Virus record (IMG/VR): IMGVR_UViG_2855689977_000003
Origin: an uncultured virus (IMG/VR IMGVR_UViG_2855689977_000003)
Taxonomy: Duplodnaviria > Heunggongvirae > Uroviricota > Caudoviricetes
Direction: 5' to 3' (one strand)
DNA length: 20,305 bases
The position numbers were made by a program, and so were the translations under genes. Below, piece by piece: positions 1 through 9,139 of this stretch. Every line of letters starts with the position of its first letter. Position 1 is the first letter of the stretch. The notes under the pieces were generated by a model. The model ran no database searches. It was not told where the DNA came from and saw only the letters and a list, made by a program, of their open reading frames with translations.

Positions 1-303
1 GGCGTCCGCCGGAACGTCCTCGAGGAAGCTTGCCGGCTGGTCGACCGGCTGGATCGGCTCGACGCGATCCTTAACGGCCGGGACCGGGCGTGGCTGACGT
101 TGGAGCTCGACGACGAGACCGGCGAGATCACCGTGGTCGTCGACAAGATCCTGTCGGAGTCCCGCCAGCAGCAGTTGGCGCTGAAGCAGCTCGCCGGGGA
201 ACTGCGAGCGGGTGGCGGCGCCGCGAAGCCCGCGACGGGAGGCAGCATCCTTGACCAGCTCGCTGCTCGACGTGCGCAGAGGCTCGCAAACCCCGCGGGT
301 TAG
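1..303 (+). CDS. terS: Terminase small subunit (5' end outside window)
   Basis: Frame is open from base 1 (GVRRNVLEEACRLVDRLDRLDAIL...ESRQQQLALKQL...LDQLAARRAQR); lies directly upstream of and overlaps terL. Confidence 0.8.
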   Translation, partial: GVRRNVLEEACRLVDRLDRLDAILNGRDRAWLTLELDDETGEITVVVDKILSESRQQQLALKQLAGELRAGGGAAKPATGGSILDQLAARRAQRLANPAG

Positions 304-1741
304 CACCTACCCGACCGCCCCTTACAGCTCTGGCCCCGATGTGGCGGACCTGGCGGAGGCGGCGGGGCTGGTGCTGGACCCGTGGCAGCGGTACGTGCTG
401 GAGCACGGCCTGGGCGAGCGGCCGGACGGGAAGTGGTCGGCGCTCGAGGTGTCCTGCTGGGTGCCACGCCAGAACGGCAAGGGCGCCGTCATCGAGGCCC
501 GCGTGTTGGCTGGCCTGTTCCTCTTCGGCGAGAAGAAGATTCTCTGGAGCGCACACGAGTACAAGACCGCGCAGGAAGGGTTCCTGCGCATCCGGGAGTT
601 GATCCAGGCCGCCCCGGACTTCAACCGGCTGGTGAAGCGGTACTGGGAAGGCTCCGGCGAGCAGGGCATTGAGCTGACCACCGGCCAGCGGTTGAAGTTC
701 ATCGCCCGCAGCCGCGGCTCCGGCCGAGGGTTCTCCGGTGACTGCATCATTCTCGACGAGGCGCAGGAACTGACCCTGCTTCAGATGAAGGCGCTGTTCT
801 CGACGATGAGCGCCAAGTCGATGCACGGGAACCCGCAGATCTGGTACTTCGGCACCCCGCCTGAGGATCCGGCTGCATGGGTGTACGGCATCCGCAAGGA
901 CGGGGAAGCCGGGAAGGACCGGCTGGCGTACTTCGACTGGGGGTTGGGTGAGATTGACCCGGCCGTCCCGCTGAAGGACCGGCTGAAGGAGTACGCCGAT
1001 CGGGACCTCTGGTACCGGGCCAACCCGGGGCTGGGCATCCGGATCAGCGAGGAGTTCTGCGAGAACGAGCTGTCCCGGCTGAAGGAAGGCTTCGCCCCTG
1101 AACGGCTGGGCATGTGGCTTCCGTGGGCGGGCGAGGGCGTGCCGAAGTGGCAGGTCATCTCCGAGGCCGCGTGGACGGCCCGGTGCAACCCGGATTCCAA
1201 GCGCGACGGGCGACCCGCGTTCGGGGTGTACGTGCCGCCCGACAGGTCGTACACGGCGATCGGCGCCGCCGGCGTATCCACGCTCGGCGGCAGGCACATC
1301 GAGGTGACCGGACGTGACGGTGTCCTCGACTACCGCCCCGGCGTCAAGTGGGTCGTGGCGCGGCTGAAGGAACTTGAGCGGCATCAGCCGTCCGTGCTCG
1401 TCATCGACGACAAGGCCCTGGCCGACGAGGCGGAAGCCGCCGGCCTGACGGTGCACCGCGCCACTCCTAGCGATGTGGTGACCGGCTGCCAGCTGTTCTA
1501 CGACGGGGTTGCCGGCCCTGACGAGGATGCGCGGGACGTGTGGCACATCGGCCAGAAAGAGGTCGACGACGCCGTTGAAGGCGCGGTGAAGCGGGACGTG
1601 GGCGGTTCGTGGGCGTGGCAACGCCGGGACCTGGCCGTCGACGTCACCACGCTGCCCGCCCTGTCCCTGGCGCTGTTCGGCCACTCGACCAAGCGTGTGC
1701 ACCGGCCCAGCCGGCCAACACCGATGGCGGCATTCGCCTGA
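251..1741 (+). CDS. terL: Terminase large subunit
   Basis: Walker A PRQNGKG, Walker B IILDEAQ, coupling motif YFGTP, WYRANPGLG, C-terminal nuclease region. TTG at 251 chosen because GGGAGG (237-242) precedes it; the ORF is open from 212. Confidence 0.95.
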   Translation: MTSSLLDVRRGSQTPRVSTYPTAPYSSGPDVADLAEAAGLVLDPWQRYVLEHGLGERPDGKWSALEVSCWVPRQNGKGAVIEARVLAGLFLFGEKKILWSAHEYKTAQEGFLRIRELIQAAPDFNRLVKRYWEGSGEQGIELTTGQRLKFIARSRGSGRGFSGDCIILDEAQELTLLQMKALFSTMSAKSMHGNPQIWYFGTPPEDPAAWVYGIRKDGEAGKDRLAYFDWGLGEIDPAVPLKDRLKEYADRDLWYRANPGLGIRISEEFCENELSRLKEGFAPERLGMWLPWAGEGVPKWQVISEAAWTARCNPDSKRDGRPAFGVYVPPDRSYTAIGAAGVSTLGGRHIEVTGRDGVLDYRPGVKWVVARLKELERHQPSVLVIDDKALADEAEAAGLTVHRATPSDVVTGCQLFYDGVAGPDEDARDVWHIGQKEVDDAVEGAVKRDVGGSWAWQRRDLAVDVTTLPALSLALFGHSTKRVHRPSRPTPMAAFA

Positions 1742-1756
1742 GACAAGGAGGCCCCG

Positions 1757-2029
1757 GTGACGGTGCTGGAGTACACGGACGTGACCAGGGCCGAACGGGT
1801 GGACCGGATCACCGCCAAGGCGCGGCAGTGGACGCCCGGCCGGGTGCTGCTGGGGCTGCTCGCGGCGATCCTGGTCGGCGTGGGGCGGCTGGCGTTCGCG
1901 CTGTTCGCCGCCCTGTGGCTGGCGGTCACGTGGTGTGCGGCGGCGGTCAAGGTCGGGTGGGACGACGCCCGGCAGGCCCGGCAGGCTGCGGTTGGCGAGG
2001 CGATGAGGCAGGGCGATGTCGACGCTTGA
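1757..2029 (+). CDS. Small membrane protein between terminase and portal
   Basis: AAGGAGG RBS; long hydrophobic stretch VLLGLLAAILVGVGRLAFALFAALWLAVTWCAAAV. Confidence 0.75.
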   Translation: MTVLEYTDVTRAERVDRITAKARQWTPGRVLLGLLAAILVGVGRLAFALFAALWLAVTWCAAAVKVGWDDARQARQAAVGEAMRQGDVDA

Positions 2030-3416
2030 TCGGGTGACCGCCCGGCATCGGGCGATGAGCCGGCCGGGCGGGGACCGCAAGCAGTGGTCCGAACCGCCGT
2101 TCTGGCGGCTCGACCAGCTACGCAGCGCCCTGCTGGGTGTGACGGCGCCCGACCGTGAGGGCATCGAGCACGAGTTCGAGGGCTACGTCCAGCGGGCGGG
2201 CAAGGCCAACGCGGTCGTCTTCTCCTGCTGCTACGCCCGGCTGCGGGTGTTCGCCGACGCCCAGTTCCTGTGGCGGGACCGCGTGGACGGGCAGCTGGGC
2301 GCGCACTACGACTCGCCGGACCTCGCACTGCTGCGCCGGCCGTGGCCGACCGGGACGCTGGCGAACCTGCTCGCGTGGATGGAAGTTGACGCCACCTACG
2401 CGGGTAACTCGTACTGGACGGTCTGCGACGACGAAGGCCGGTACGGGCGGGACGCGCGGGGTCCGGGCCGACGGTTGACGCGGCTGCGGCCCGACTGGGT
2501 GACGCTGGTCATCGACTCGGCCAGCGGAGACCCGTACGCGATCGACGCCCGGGTGGTGGGGCTGATCTTCGAGCCGCCGTCGTCAGGTGTCGGCGGGGTT
2601 CGCACCAAGCCGGTGCTGCTGATGCCCGACGAGGTGTGCCACTATTCGCCGATCCCGGACCCGGCCGCCCGGTTCCGCGGCATGTCGTGGCTGACTCCGG
2701 TGCTGCGGGAGATCGGCGCGGACCTCGCGGCCACCGAACACAAGCAGAAGTTCTTCGAGAACGGCGCCGCCCTGTCGACGGTGGTGAGCCTCGACAAGGA
2801 CGTCACTCCCGAGCAGTTCGCCGAGTTCGTCCAGCTGTTCAAAGCGCAGCACGAGGGCCCACGCAACGCCTACAAGACGTTGTTCTTCGGCGGCGGCGCG
2901 GACGTGACGATGCGCGGCGTCGACCTGAAGAACCTCGACTTCAAGCAGGTTCAAGGCGGCGGTGAGACGCGGATCGCAGCAGCGGCGGGCGTGCACCCGG
3001 TCGTGGTGGGCCTGTCCGAGGGTCTGTCCGGGTCGTCGCTGAACGCGGGCAACTACTCGGCGGCCCGGCGCAACGTCGCGGACGGAACGCTGCGGCACCT
3101 GTGGAACGAGGCCGGGGCGAGCCTGGAAACTCTGTTCCCGCGGCCCCGGCCGACTGCCGAGCTGCTGGTGGACACGCGGGAGACGGCGTTCGTCCGCGAG
3201 GACGCGAAGGACATCGCGCAGATCCAGCAGACCCGGGCGACGGCGCTGCGGGCGTTGATCGACGCCGGATGGGACCCGGACGCGGCAGTCGACTATCTGC
3301 GCACCGATGACCTGGCCCGACTGGTCGGCCATCACAGCGGTCTGTTCAGCGTGCAACTACAACCGCTCGGAAGCGGTCAGGGCGGCAACCCGTCGAGCGG
3401 AGGAGGCACGGCGTGA
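2016..3416 (+). CDS. Portal protein (HK97-like)
   Basis: 466 aa after terL; motifs GNSYW, LRPDWV, EVCHYSPIPDP..RFRGMSWL, FFENGA, RIAAAAGVHPVVVG. Confidence 0.93.
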   Translation: MSTLDRVTARHRAMSRPGGDRKQWSEPPFWRLDQLRSALLGVTAPDREGIEHEFEGYVQRAGKANAVVFSCCYARLRVFADAQFLWRDRVDGQLGAHYDSPDLALLRRPWPTGTLANLLAWMEVDATYAGNSYWTVCDDEGRYGRDARGPGRRLTRLRPDWVTLVIDSASGDPYAIDARVVGLIFEPPSSGVGGVRTKPVLLMPDEVCHYSPIPDPAARFRGMSWLTPVLREIGADLAATEHKQKFFENGAALSTVVSLDKDVTPEQFAEFVQLFKAQHEGPRNAYKTLFFGGGADVTMRGVDLKNLDFKQVQGGGETRIAAAAGVHPVVVGLSEGLSGSSLNAGNYSAARRNVADGTLRHLWNEAGASLETLFPRPRPTAELLVDTRETAFVREDAKDIAQIQQTRATALRALIDAGWDPDAAVDYLRTDDLARLVGHHSGLFSVQLQPLGSGQGGNPSSGGGTA

Positions 3417-3607
3417 CGATCGAGGTAAAGAAGATCGGCTACGCGGTGCCGGTCAACGTGGTCGACGGGGTTCCGCAGTGCCACTGCTGCCAGGAACCCA
3501 TGGTCAAGCGCAACGGCGGATGGATGTGCGCCCTCGGCGCTGCCATCCTCGACGCGCTCGCGCCGGCGATGGCCCGGCTCGACGCACTCACCGGAGGGGT
3601 GGCGTGA
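3413..3607 (+). CDS. Small Cys-containing hypothetical protein
   Basis: GGAGGAGG RBS, GTGA overlap with portal stop, TGATG overlap with protease; CHCC...WMC. Confidence 0.65.
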   Translation: MTIEVKKIGYAVPVNVVDGVPQCHCCQEPMVKRNGGWMCALGAAILDALAPAMARLDALTGGVA

Positions 3608-4353
3608 TGCAGGTCAAGGCGCTGCGCGGAGTCGAGATCAAGGACGCCGACAAGGGCACCGTCGAGGCGGTGTTCTCCACGTTCAACGTCATCGACTCCG
3701 ACAAGGACGTCACCCTCCCCGGAGCGTTTCAGGACGGGGCCCCGTGGAAGATCTCCGCGTACGGGCACCGGTCCTGGATGGGTGCCCTGCCGGTCGGCAA
3801 GGGCACCGTCCGCACCACCAACACCGAAGCCATCCTGCAAGGCCAGTTCTTCATGGACACCCAGCACGGCGCGGACACATTCCGCACCGTCAAGGCCATG
3901 GGCGACCTTCAGGAGTGGTCCTACTCGGTGCACCCGCTGAAGCAGTCGTTCGGCGAGTTCGAGGGCCAGCAGGTGCGGTTCCTCGAGCAGCTGGGCTCCG
4001 GCGAGGTGTCCCCCGTGCTTGCGGGCGCCGGGATCGGCACCCGCACCCTGGCGGCGAAGTCCGAAGGCGGGCTGCTGCTGCACGAAATAGAGACGGCGCT
4101 GGAGGCCATGGGCGTGGTCGACAGCGCGATCACAAGCGCAAGCAGAGTGGGCGCTCTCCGCGCTGAAAAGGGCAAGTCCCTGTCCCGGGTCAACGCCGAC
4201 GCGCTCGACCGCCTCGGCGGCGAGTTGGAGCGGCTACGCGAGGCGTACGCAGCCCTCAAGAGCGACGACCCGGACCCCAACCCCGACGAGGCCCTGGCCG
4301 ACCAGGCCGCCAGCGAACTGCTGCGGGCCATCGCACGAGCAAGGAGAGCGTGA
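3607..4353 (+). CDS. HK97-family prohead (capsid maturation) protease
   Basis: GTVEAVFSTFNVIDSDKDVTLPGAF, His in YGH, EWSYS, EVSPVLAGAG; between portal and capsid. Start set at ATG 3607 (GGAGGGG upstream), not the track's 3307. Confidence 0.92.
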   Translation: MQVKALRGVEIKDADKGTVEAVFSTFNVIDSDKDVTLPGAFQDGAPWKISAYGHRSWMGALPVGKGTVRTTNTEAILQGQFFMDTQHGADTFRTVKAMGDLQEWSYSVHPLKQSFGEFEGQQVRFLEQLGSGEVSPVLAGAGIGTRTLAAKSEGGLLLHEIETALEAMGVVDSAITSASRVGALRAEKGKSLSRVNADALDRLGGELERLREAYAALKSDDPDPNPDEALADQAASELLRAIARARRA

Positions 4354-4357
4354 CGCC

Positions 4358-5611
4358 ATGAGCGACACCCTGGAAGTCGAGTTCCCCGCGCTGAAGGAGG
4401 CGCAGGAGCGGCTCGACGCGAAGAACAAGGAGCTGTTCGCCGTCCTCGACGAGGCCGGCCCGACCTACGACATGAAGCTGGTGAAGTCGCTGGACGGCGA
4501 CACCCAGGCCAAGGTCGAGTGGATCCGGGCGAAGAACGCCGAGATCGACGAAATCGGCAAGGAGGTCGAGGGCTTCCGCCAGGTGGCGAAGGCCGCGGCC
4601 CGGCGCAAGACCACCGGCGGGCAGGAGGCGGGCTCGGAGCCGGACGCCCGCAAGGGCCGGCCGGGCGACCCCGGGTACTCCGAGGTGCCGGAGTCGTTCG
4701 GTGAGCTGTTCCTCAAGTCGAAGGCGTTCACCGCCCGGGCCGGACAGAACGGCCCGGAGGCGACCCTCGACCTGGATCTGAAGACCCTCATGCAGACCAG
4801 CGCGGGCTGGCTGCCGGAGACCACCCGCACTGGTCGGGTCGTCGACTTCGCCACCCGGCCGATCCAGATCCTCGACTACATCCCTACCACCAACACCGGC
4901 CAGGCGGCCGTCGTCTACATGGAGGAGACGACGTTCACCAACGCCGCGGCGGAGGCGGCCGAGGCGGGGACCTACGCCGAGTCGGCGCTGGCGCTCACCG
5001 AGCAGTCCAGCCCGGTCCGGAAGATCGCCACGTTCATCCCGGTCACCGACGAGCAGCTGGAGGACGTGGACCAGGTCCGCGGCTACCTCGACAACCGGCT
5101 GCGGTTCATGGTGCGGCAGCGCCTCGACGGGCAGCTGCTGGTCGGCAACGGCACCGCGCCGAACCTGCGCGGTCTCAACAACGTCGTCGGCATCCAGACG
5201 CAGGCGAAGGGCACCGACCCGACCCCGGACGCCTTCTACAAGGCGATGACGCTGGTGCGGGTGACCGGTCGGGCGATCCCCGACCTGCACATCATGCACC
5301 CGAACGACTGGATGGACATCCGGCTGCTCCGCACCGCCGACGGCGTCTACATCTGGGGTAACCCGTCGGAGGCGGGCCCGGAGCGGCTGTGGGGCCTGCC
5401 GGTCGCCCAGTCCGACGCGCAGACCCAGAACACGGGTCTGACGCTCGACACCACGTTCACGGAGCTGTCGGTGCGCCGGGGTGTGGTCGTGCAGGTGAGC
5501 AACTCGCACGGCACGTACTTCATCGAGGGCAAGCAGGCGGTCCGCGCCGACATGCGGGCCGCGTTCATCGTGTACCGGCCGGCCGCGGTCTGCACCGTCA
5601 CCGGCATCTGA
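4358..5611 (+). CDS. Major capsid protein (HK97 fold with N-terminal delta/scaffold domain)
   Basis: 417 aa; coiled-coil N-terminus; VRKIATFIPVTDEQLED, QLLVGNGTAPNLRGL, IMHPNDW..IRLLRTADGVYIW, LWGLPV, YRPAAV. Confidence 0.95.
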   Translation: MSDTLEVEFPALKEAQERLDAKNKELFAVLDEAGPTYDMKLVKSLDGDTQAKVEWIRAKNAEIDEIGKEVEGFRQVAKAAARRKTTGGQEAGSEPDARKGRPGDPGYSEVPESFGELFLKSKAFTARAGQNGPEATLDLDLKTLMQTSAGWLPETTRTGRVVDFATRPIQILDYIPTTNTGQAAVVYMEETTFTNAAAEAAEAGTYAESALALTEQSSPVRKIATFIPVTDEQLEDVDQVRGYLDNRLRFMVRQRLDGQLLVGNGTAPNLRGLNNVVGIQTQAKGTDPTPDAFYKAMTLVRVTGRAIPDLHIMHPNDWMDIRLLRTADGVYIWGNPSEAGPERLWGLPVAQSDAQTQNTGLTLDTTFTELSVRRGVVVQVSNSHGTYFIEGKQAVRADMRAAFIVYRPAAVCTVTGI

Positions 5612-5619
5612 GACGGCTG

Positions 5620-5653
5620 AGGCGAGGGCCCTTCGGGGCCCTCGCCTTGGTTT
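5620..5653 (+). terminator. Perfect 12-bp hairpin with C(UUCG)G loop after the capsid gene
   Basis: AGGCGAGGGCCC-TTCG-GGGCCCTCGCCT followed by TGGTTT. Confidence 0.8.
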
Positions 5654-5668
5654 AGGAGAGGACTGATC

Positions 5669-5881
5669 ATGCCGATCATCACGGGCGGGCAGGTCATGCC
5701 GGGCAACGGCGTTCCGGTGCAGGCGTTCACGAAGGCCGGCGCGCTCGCCGCGAACGACTTCGCCGGCCAGTGCGCCGTCGGGTCGCTGGCCATCAACACC
5801 TCGGCGGGCGTGCTCTACATCTGCACGGCCACGAACGGCACGACCACGTCGACGTGGGTGACCGTCGGCTCGCAGACCTGA
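5669..5881 (+). CDS. Small virion-associated protein (possible head decoration/fibre-like)
   Basis: AGGAGAGG RBS; beta-rich Thr/Gly sequence GSLAINT..GVLYICT...TWVTVG; follows the capsid gene. Confidence 0.65.
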   Translation: MPIITGGQVMPGNGVPVQAFTKAGALAANDFAGQCAVGSLAINTSAGVLYICTATNGTTTSTWVTVGSQT

Positions 5882-6159
5882 TGGCTCTCGAAGTCAAGAC
5901 ACTCAGGGATCAGGAGGGTACGCCGATGGCAGGCGCAACGAAGGCAGAGCTGCGGGTCTGCCGAACGGCCGACGGGCATCTGGTGCGCGAAGACGACCCG
6001 CGCAGCGCGTTCCTCGCGTATGCCGTCGGCGATCAGGTCGCCGACGGTGACCTGGACGCCTACCGGGATCTGGTCGACGGCAAGAGCCGCCGGCAGGCCG
6101 GTACGAAGGCCACGGCGAAGCCGGCCGACAAGGCGACTACCAAGCCCGAGGACAAGTAG
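5881..6159 (+). CDS. Hypothetical head-region protein with Lys/Ala/Thr-rich tail
   Basis: TGATG overlap at 5881; alternative ATG at 5926 has an AGGAGG RBS; ends KATAKPADKATTKPEDK. Confidence 0.7.
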   Translation: MALEVKTLRDQEGTPMAGATKAELRVCRTADGHLVREDDPRSAFLAYAVGDQVADGDLDAYRDLVDGKSRRQAGTKATAKPADKATTKPEDK

Positions 6160-6162
6160 CCC

Positions 6163-6981
6163 ATGTACGACGTCGGGGACACGATCATTCTCAGCGCCAC
6201 GTGTCGCGACGCGGCGGGTGTTCTGGCGAACGCGACGAACGCGACGCTGAGCGTGACCCGCCCCGACGGCACCGTGGAGGCGCAGACGCCGGCGAACCCG
6301 CCGGTGTCTGCCGGCCTCTACCAGCACCCGTACGTGCCCACCCAGTACGGCCGGCATCTGGTCCGGTGGACCTTCACCGGCGGCGTCCCCGACCAGGCGT
6401 ACCCGGACGTGGTGAACGTCGCCGACGCGTCATGGCCGGCGATCGTCGGCCTCACCGAGACCAAGAAACACCTCAACATCGACCTGGCGAACACCACCCA
6501 CGACGAGGAGCTGCGCGGGTTCATCCTCTCCGCCAGCGAGGTCGTCGAGTCGATCGTTGGGCCCGTCGCCCGCCGCAGCGTCGAAGAAACCCACAGCGGC
6601 CGTGGTGACGTCGTGCTGGTGCTGCGGAAGCGGCCCATTCTGTCGGTGGCCAGCGTGACCGTAGACGGCGTGCTCCTCGACGCGTCGGAGTACACGGCGA
6701 GCCCCTCCGGCGTGCTCACCTGCGGCTGGGGCTGGCCGTGGGGCGACAACAACATCGCCGTGACGTACGTCGTTGGCCGGGTCGCGGCGGGTGCCGCCGT
6801 GATCGATGGGACGAAGGAGCTGATCCGACTCAACTGGCGCCCGCAGACGGGTGGCAGCGGATCAGTGTTCAACCAGGGCGCCGAGGACCGCGGCGGCGGT
6901 GAGATCCGGCTCGGATTCTTCATCCCGAACACGGTCATGCAGCGGCTACAGCCGTCGGCGCTCGGCCCGTTGGTGGCGTGA
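6163..6981 (+). CDS. Head-tail adaptor with extra N-terminal beta-sandwich domain
   Basis: IVGLTETKKHLNID...DEELRGFILSASEVVESIVG connector signature from about aa 94; RPILSVASVTVDG; NIAVTYVVG. Confidence 0.8.
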   Translation: MYDVGDTIILSATCRDAAGVLANATNATLSVTRPDGTVEAQTPANPPVSAGLYQHPYVPTQYGRHLVRWTFTGGVPDQAYPDVVNVADASWPAIVGLTETKKHLNIDLANTTHDEELRGFILSASEVVESIVGPVARRSVEETHSGRGDVVLVLRKRPILSVASVTVDGVLLDASEYTASPSGVLTCGWGWPWGDNNIAVTYVVGRVAAGAAVIDGTKELIRLNWRPQTGGSGSVFNQGAEDRGGGEIRLGFFIPNTVMQRLQPSALGPLVA

Positions 6982-7448
6982 TGGCGACCTCAAGCATCCC
7001 CGCCGCCATCGACTACCTCGTAGTTACTGCGCGTGCCCTGCCCGGACTGCCCGAGGGCACCGTGTCGGACGGGTTCCCGGTCGGCGTCGCCGATCCGGCG
7101 TTCGCGATCGGCATCGTGCCGTACGACGACGGCGACACCCCGAATGACGTGGTGCATGCCCAGCTCGGCGCGCAGATGGAACGGGAGTACTACGACATCC
7201 CGTGCGAGATCGCGGCCAGCGCGGGCGGCGGCGAGGAAGCGGCGAAGACGGCCCGGGACCAAGCGTTCGCCATCTACGACGCGTTCGTGACGAAGATCCG
7301 CGCCGATCGGACCCTCGGCGATGCGCTGCAGTCCGGCGCCGCGCTCGTCACCGGGATGCGCATGGATCAGACGGCAACGCCGGACGAAGCCGGCCGCGGC
7401 CGGGTCTGCTCAATCAAGTTCGTGGTCCGCTGCGAGAACCGCTTCTAG
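6981..7448 (+). CDS. Tail terminator / head-tail joining protein
   Basis: Position and size (about 155 aa); ARDQAFAIYD....IRADRTLG; terminal beta strand; in-frame GTG at 6978 also possible. Confidence 0.65.
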   Translation: MATSSIPAAIDYLVVTARALPGLPEGTVSDGFPVGVADPAFAIGIVPYDDGDTPNDVVHAQLGAQMEREYYDIPCEIAASAGGGEEAAKTARDQAFAIYDAFVTKIRADRTLGDALQSGAALVTGMRMDQTATPDEAGRGRVCSIKFVVRCENRF

Positions 7449-7458
7449 GAGGGGCGTT

Positions 7459-7638
7459 GTGGCGAGGGTAAAGCAGCCGTACGACGAGGAGCGGTTCGTG
7501 CCGTGGCTCGGCCGGAACGTCGCGCCGGGCGAGGTCGTCGAGGTCCCCGAGCGGGACCTGGCGTCGTACGTGGAAGCCGGCTGGCAGCCGGACAAGGGCA
7601 AGGGCGGCAAGCCCGCCGCAAGTGAGGGGCAGAGCTGA
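7459..7638 (+). CDS. Small hypothetical protein preceding the tail tube (59 aa)
   Basis: AGGAGGGG RBS then GTG; VAPGEVVEVP; TGATG overlap with the tail tube gene. Confidence 0.7.
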   Translation: MARVKQPYDEERFVPWLGRNVAPGEVVEVPERDLASYVEAGWQPDKGKGGKPAASEGQS

Positions 7639-8627
7639 TGGCGATCGGATCGGGGCTCGGCTCCAGCTTCGGCATGGCGGCGGAAACGGTCTACGGCACG
7701 TACGTCGCGCCGACGCGGTTCCTCGAGGGAACCGCGCAGCTGACGAAGCGGAAGAACACCTACCAGGGCGGCGGCATGGCCGCCGGCCGGATGGTGCAGC
7801 CCGGCGGGCGCCGCTACGTCACCAGCAAGGGCGCCGGCGGCACCCTCAACACGTCGGTCTACAGCAAGGGCATGGGGCTGCTGCTCAACGGCTTGCTCGG
7901 CGGGACCGTCACGCCGGTGCAGCAGGGCGCGACCGCCGCCTACCTCCAGACGCACGCCCTCGCGGACCCGCAGGGCAAGTACTTCACCATGCAGTCGGGT
8001 GTGCCCGACCTCGGCGGGACGGTCCGCCCGTACACGTACCTGGGCTGCCAGGTCATGGCGGTCGAGTTCTCCTGCGAGATCAACGGTGCGTTGACCGCGT
8101 CGTGGGAGATCGAGGCGCGGGACGTGTCCGAGAGCCAGACCATCGCCGCCCCCTCGTATCCGACCTGCAACGAGTTCCACTTCGCCCAGTCCGCGGTCAA
8201 GCTCGGCACCGTGGGTGCGGAGGCGCAGGTCGACGGCATCCGGTCGATGTCGGTGCGGATCGAACGTCCGCGGCATGACGGCGGCCCGTACATGGGCAAC
8301 CAGGGTCTGCGGTCGGCGGGTGTCCTGAACGGATGGTCCGTCGTCTCGGGGTCGATCTCTGCGGACTTCCTCAACAAGGCGGACCTGGCGGACCGGTTCG
8401 CGTCGGACGCGCCGACGTCGCTGGTGTGGGAGTTCGTCGGTCCGACGATCGCCTCCACGTACGCGGAGACGTTCCGCATCAAGGTCCCGATGGTGTTCCT
8501 GAACGGTGACACCCCGACCGCGGGCAGCCCGGACGTGGTCAACACCAGCTTCCCGTGGGTGGGGCAGCACGACGGCACCACCCCGCCGGTCACCGTCGAA
8601 TACATCTCCAGCGACCTGGCGCTCTGA
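7638..8627 (+). CDS. Major tail tube protein
   Basis: 329 aa; GMAAETVYGTYVAPTRF N-terminus, YTYLGCQV, DTPTAGSPDVV; synteny. Confidence 0.85.
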   Translation: MAIGSGLGSSFGMAAETVYGTYVAPTRFLEGTAQLTKRKNTYQGGGMAAGRMVQPGGRRYVTSKGAGGTLNTSVYSKGMGLLLNGLLGGTVTPVQQGATAAYLQTHALADPQGKYFTMQSGVPDLGGTVRPYTYLGCQVMAVEFSCEINGALTASWEIEARDVSESQTIAAPSYPTCNEFHFAQSAVKLGTVGAEAQVDGIRSMSVRIERPRHDGGPYMGNQGLRSAGVLNGWSVVSGSISADFLNKADLADRFASDAPTSLVWEFVGPTIASTYAETFRIKVPMVFLNGDTPTAGSPDVVNTSFPWVGQHDGTTPPVTVEYISSDLAL

Positions 8628-9139
8628 TGTCGGTCCACGTCGAGGGCGTGGACCGCTTCCGGGTGGTTGCCCGCCGGCTGAAGCAGGCCGCCGACCGCAA
8701 GGAACTCACGCGGGAACTGCGCAAGGGGATCCTGAAGGCAGTGCCGGATCTGAAGAACGCCGTCCGGGAAGACGCCGCCGCATACCTGCCTGACGCGTAC
8801 GCGGAGGAGCTGGTGCCGGCGTTGCGCATGACCACCTCGTCCAGCTTTAACGGAGACCAGGTGACCGTGCGGATCACGGTGACAGCAGTAGGGAAGGGCG
8901 GCAACGCCCGCCATGTCGGGGCGCTGGAGGACGGCGACCTGCGGCATCCCGTGTTCGGCCGCAGCCGGGCGCTTAAGCGGCACGCCGTCCACAAGGCCAC
9001 GTCCAAGGCCAACCCGTGGGTTCGCCAGCAGGTCAAGCCCGGATTCGTCTCCAAGTCGATGAATGCCGGGCAGCCGGCTGTCCGCAGGGAAATTGAGGCC
9101 GCTGTGGACCGCGTCCTAGACAAGATCGCGAGAGGTTGA
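8627..9139 (+). CDS. Tail completion protein (HK97 gp10-like), basic
   Basis: MSVHVEGVDRFRVVARRLK, LRHPVFG, WVRQQVKPGF, AVDRVLDKI; TGATG start at 8627. Confidence 0.65.
   Translation: MSVHVEGVDRFRVVARRLKQAADRKELTRELRKGILKAVPDLKNAVREDAAAYLPDAYAEELVPALRMTTSSSFNGDQVTVRITVTAVGKGGNARHVGALEDGDLRHPVFGRSRALKRHAVHKATSKANPWVRQQVKPGFVSKSMNAGQPAVRREIEAAVDRVLDKIARG

Noticed and set aside
5600..5881. Capsid read-through or frameshift fusion to the 70-aa downstream gene
   Set aside because: No slippery site is evident at the capsid end, and the downstream gene has its own strong RBS after a hairpin.
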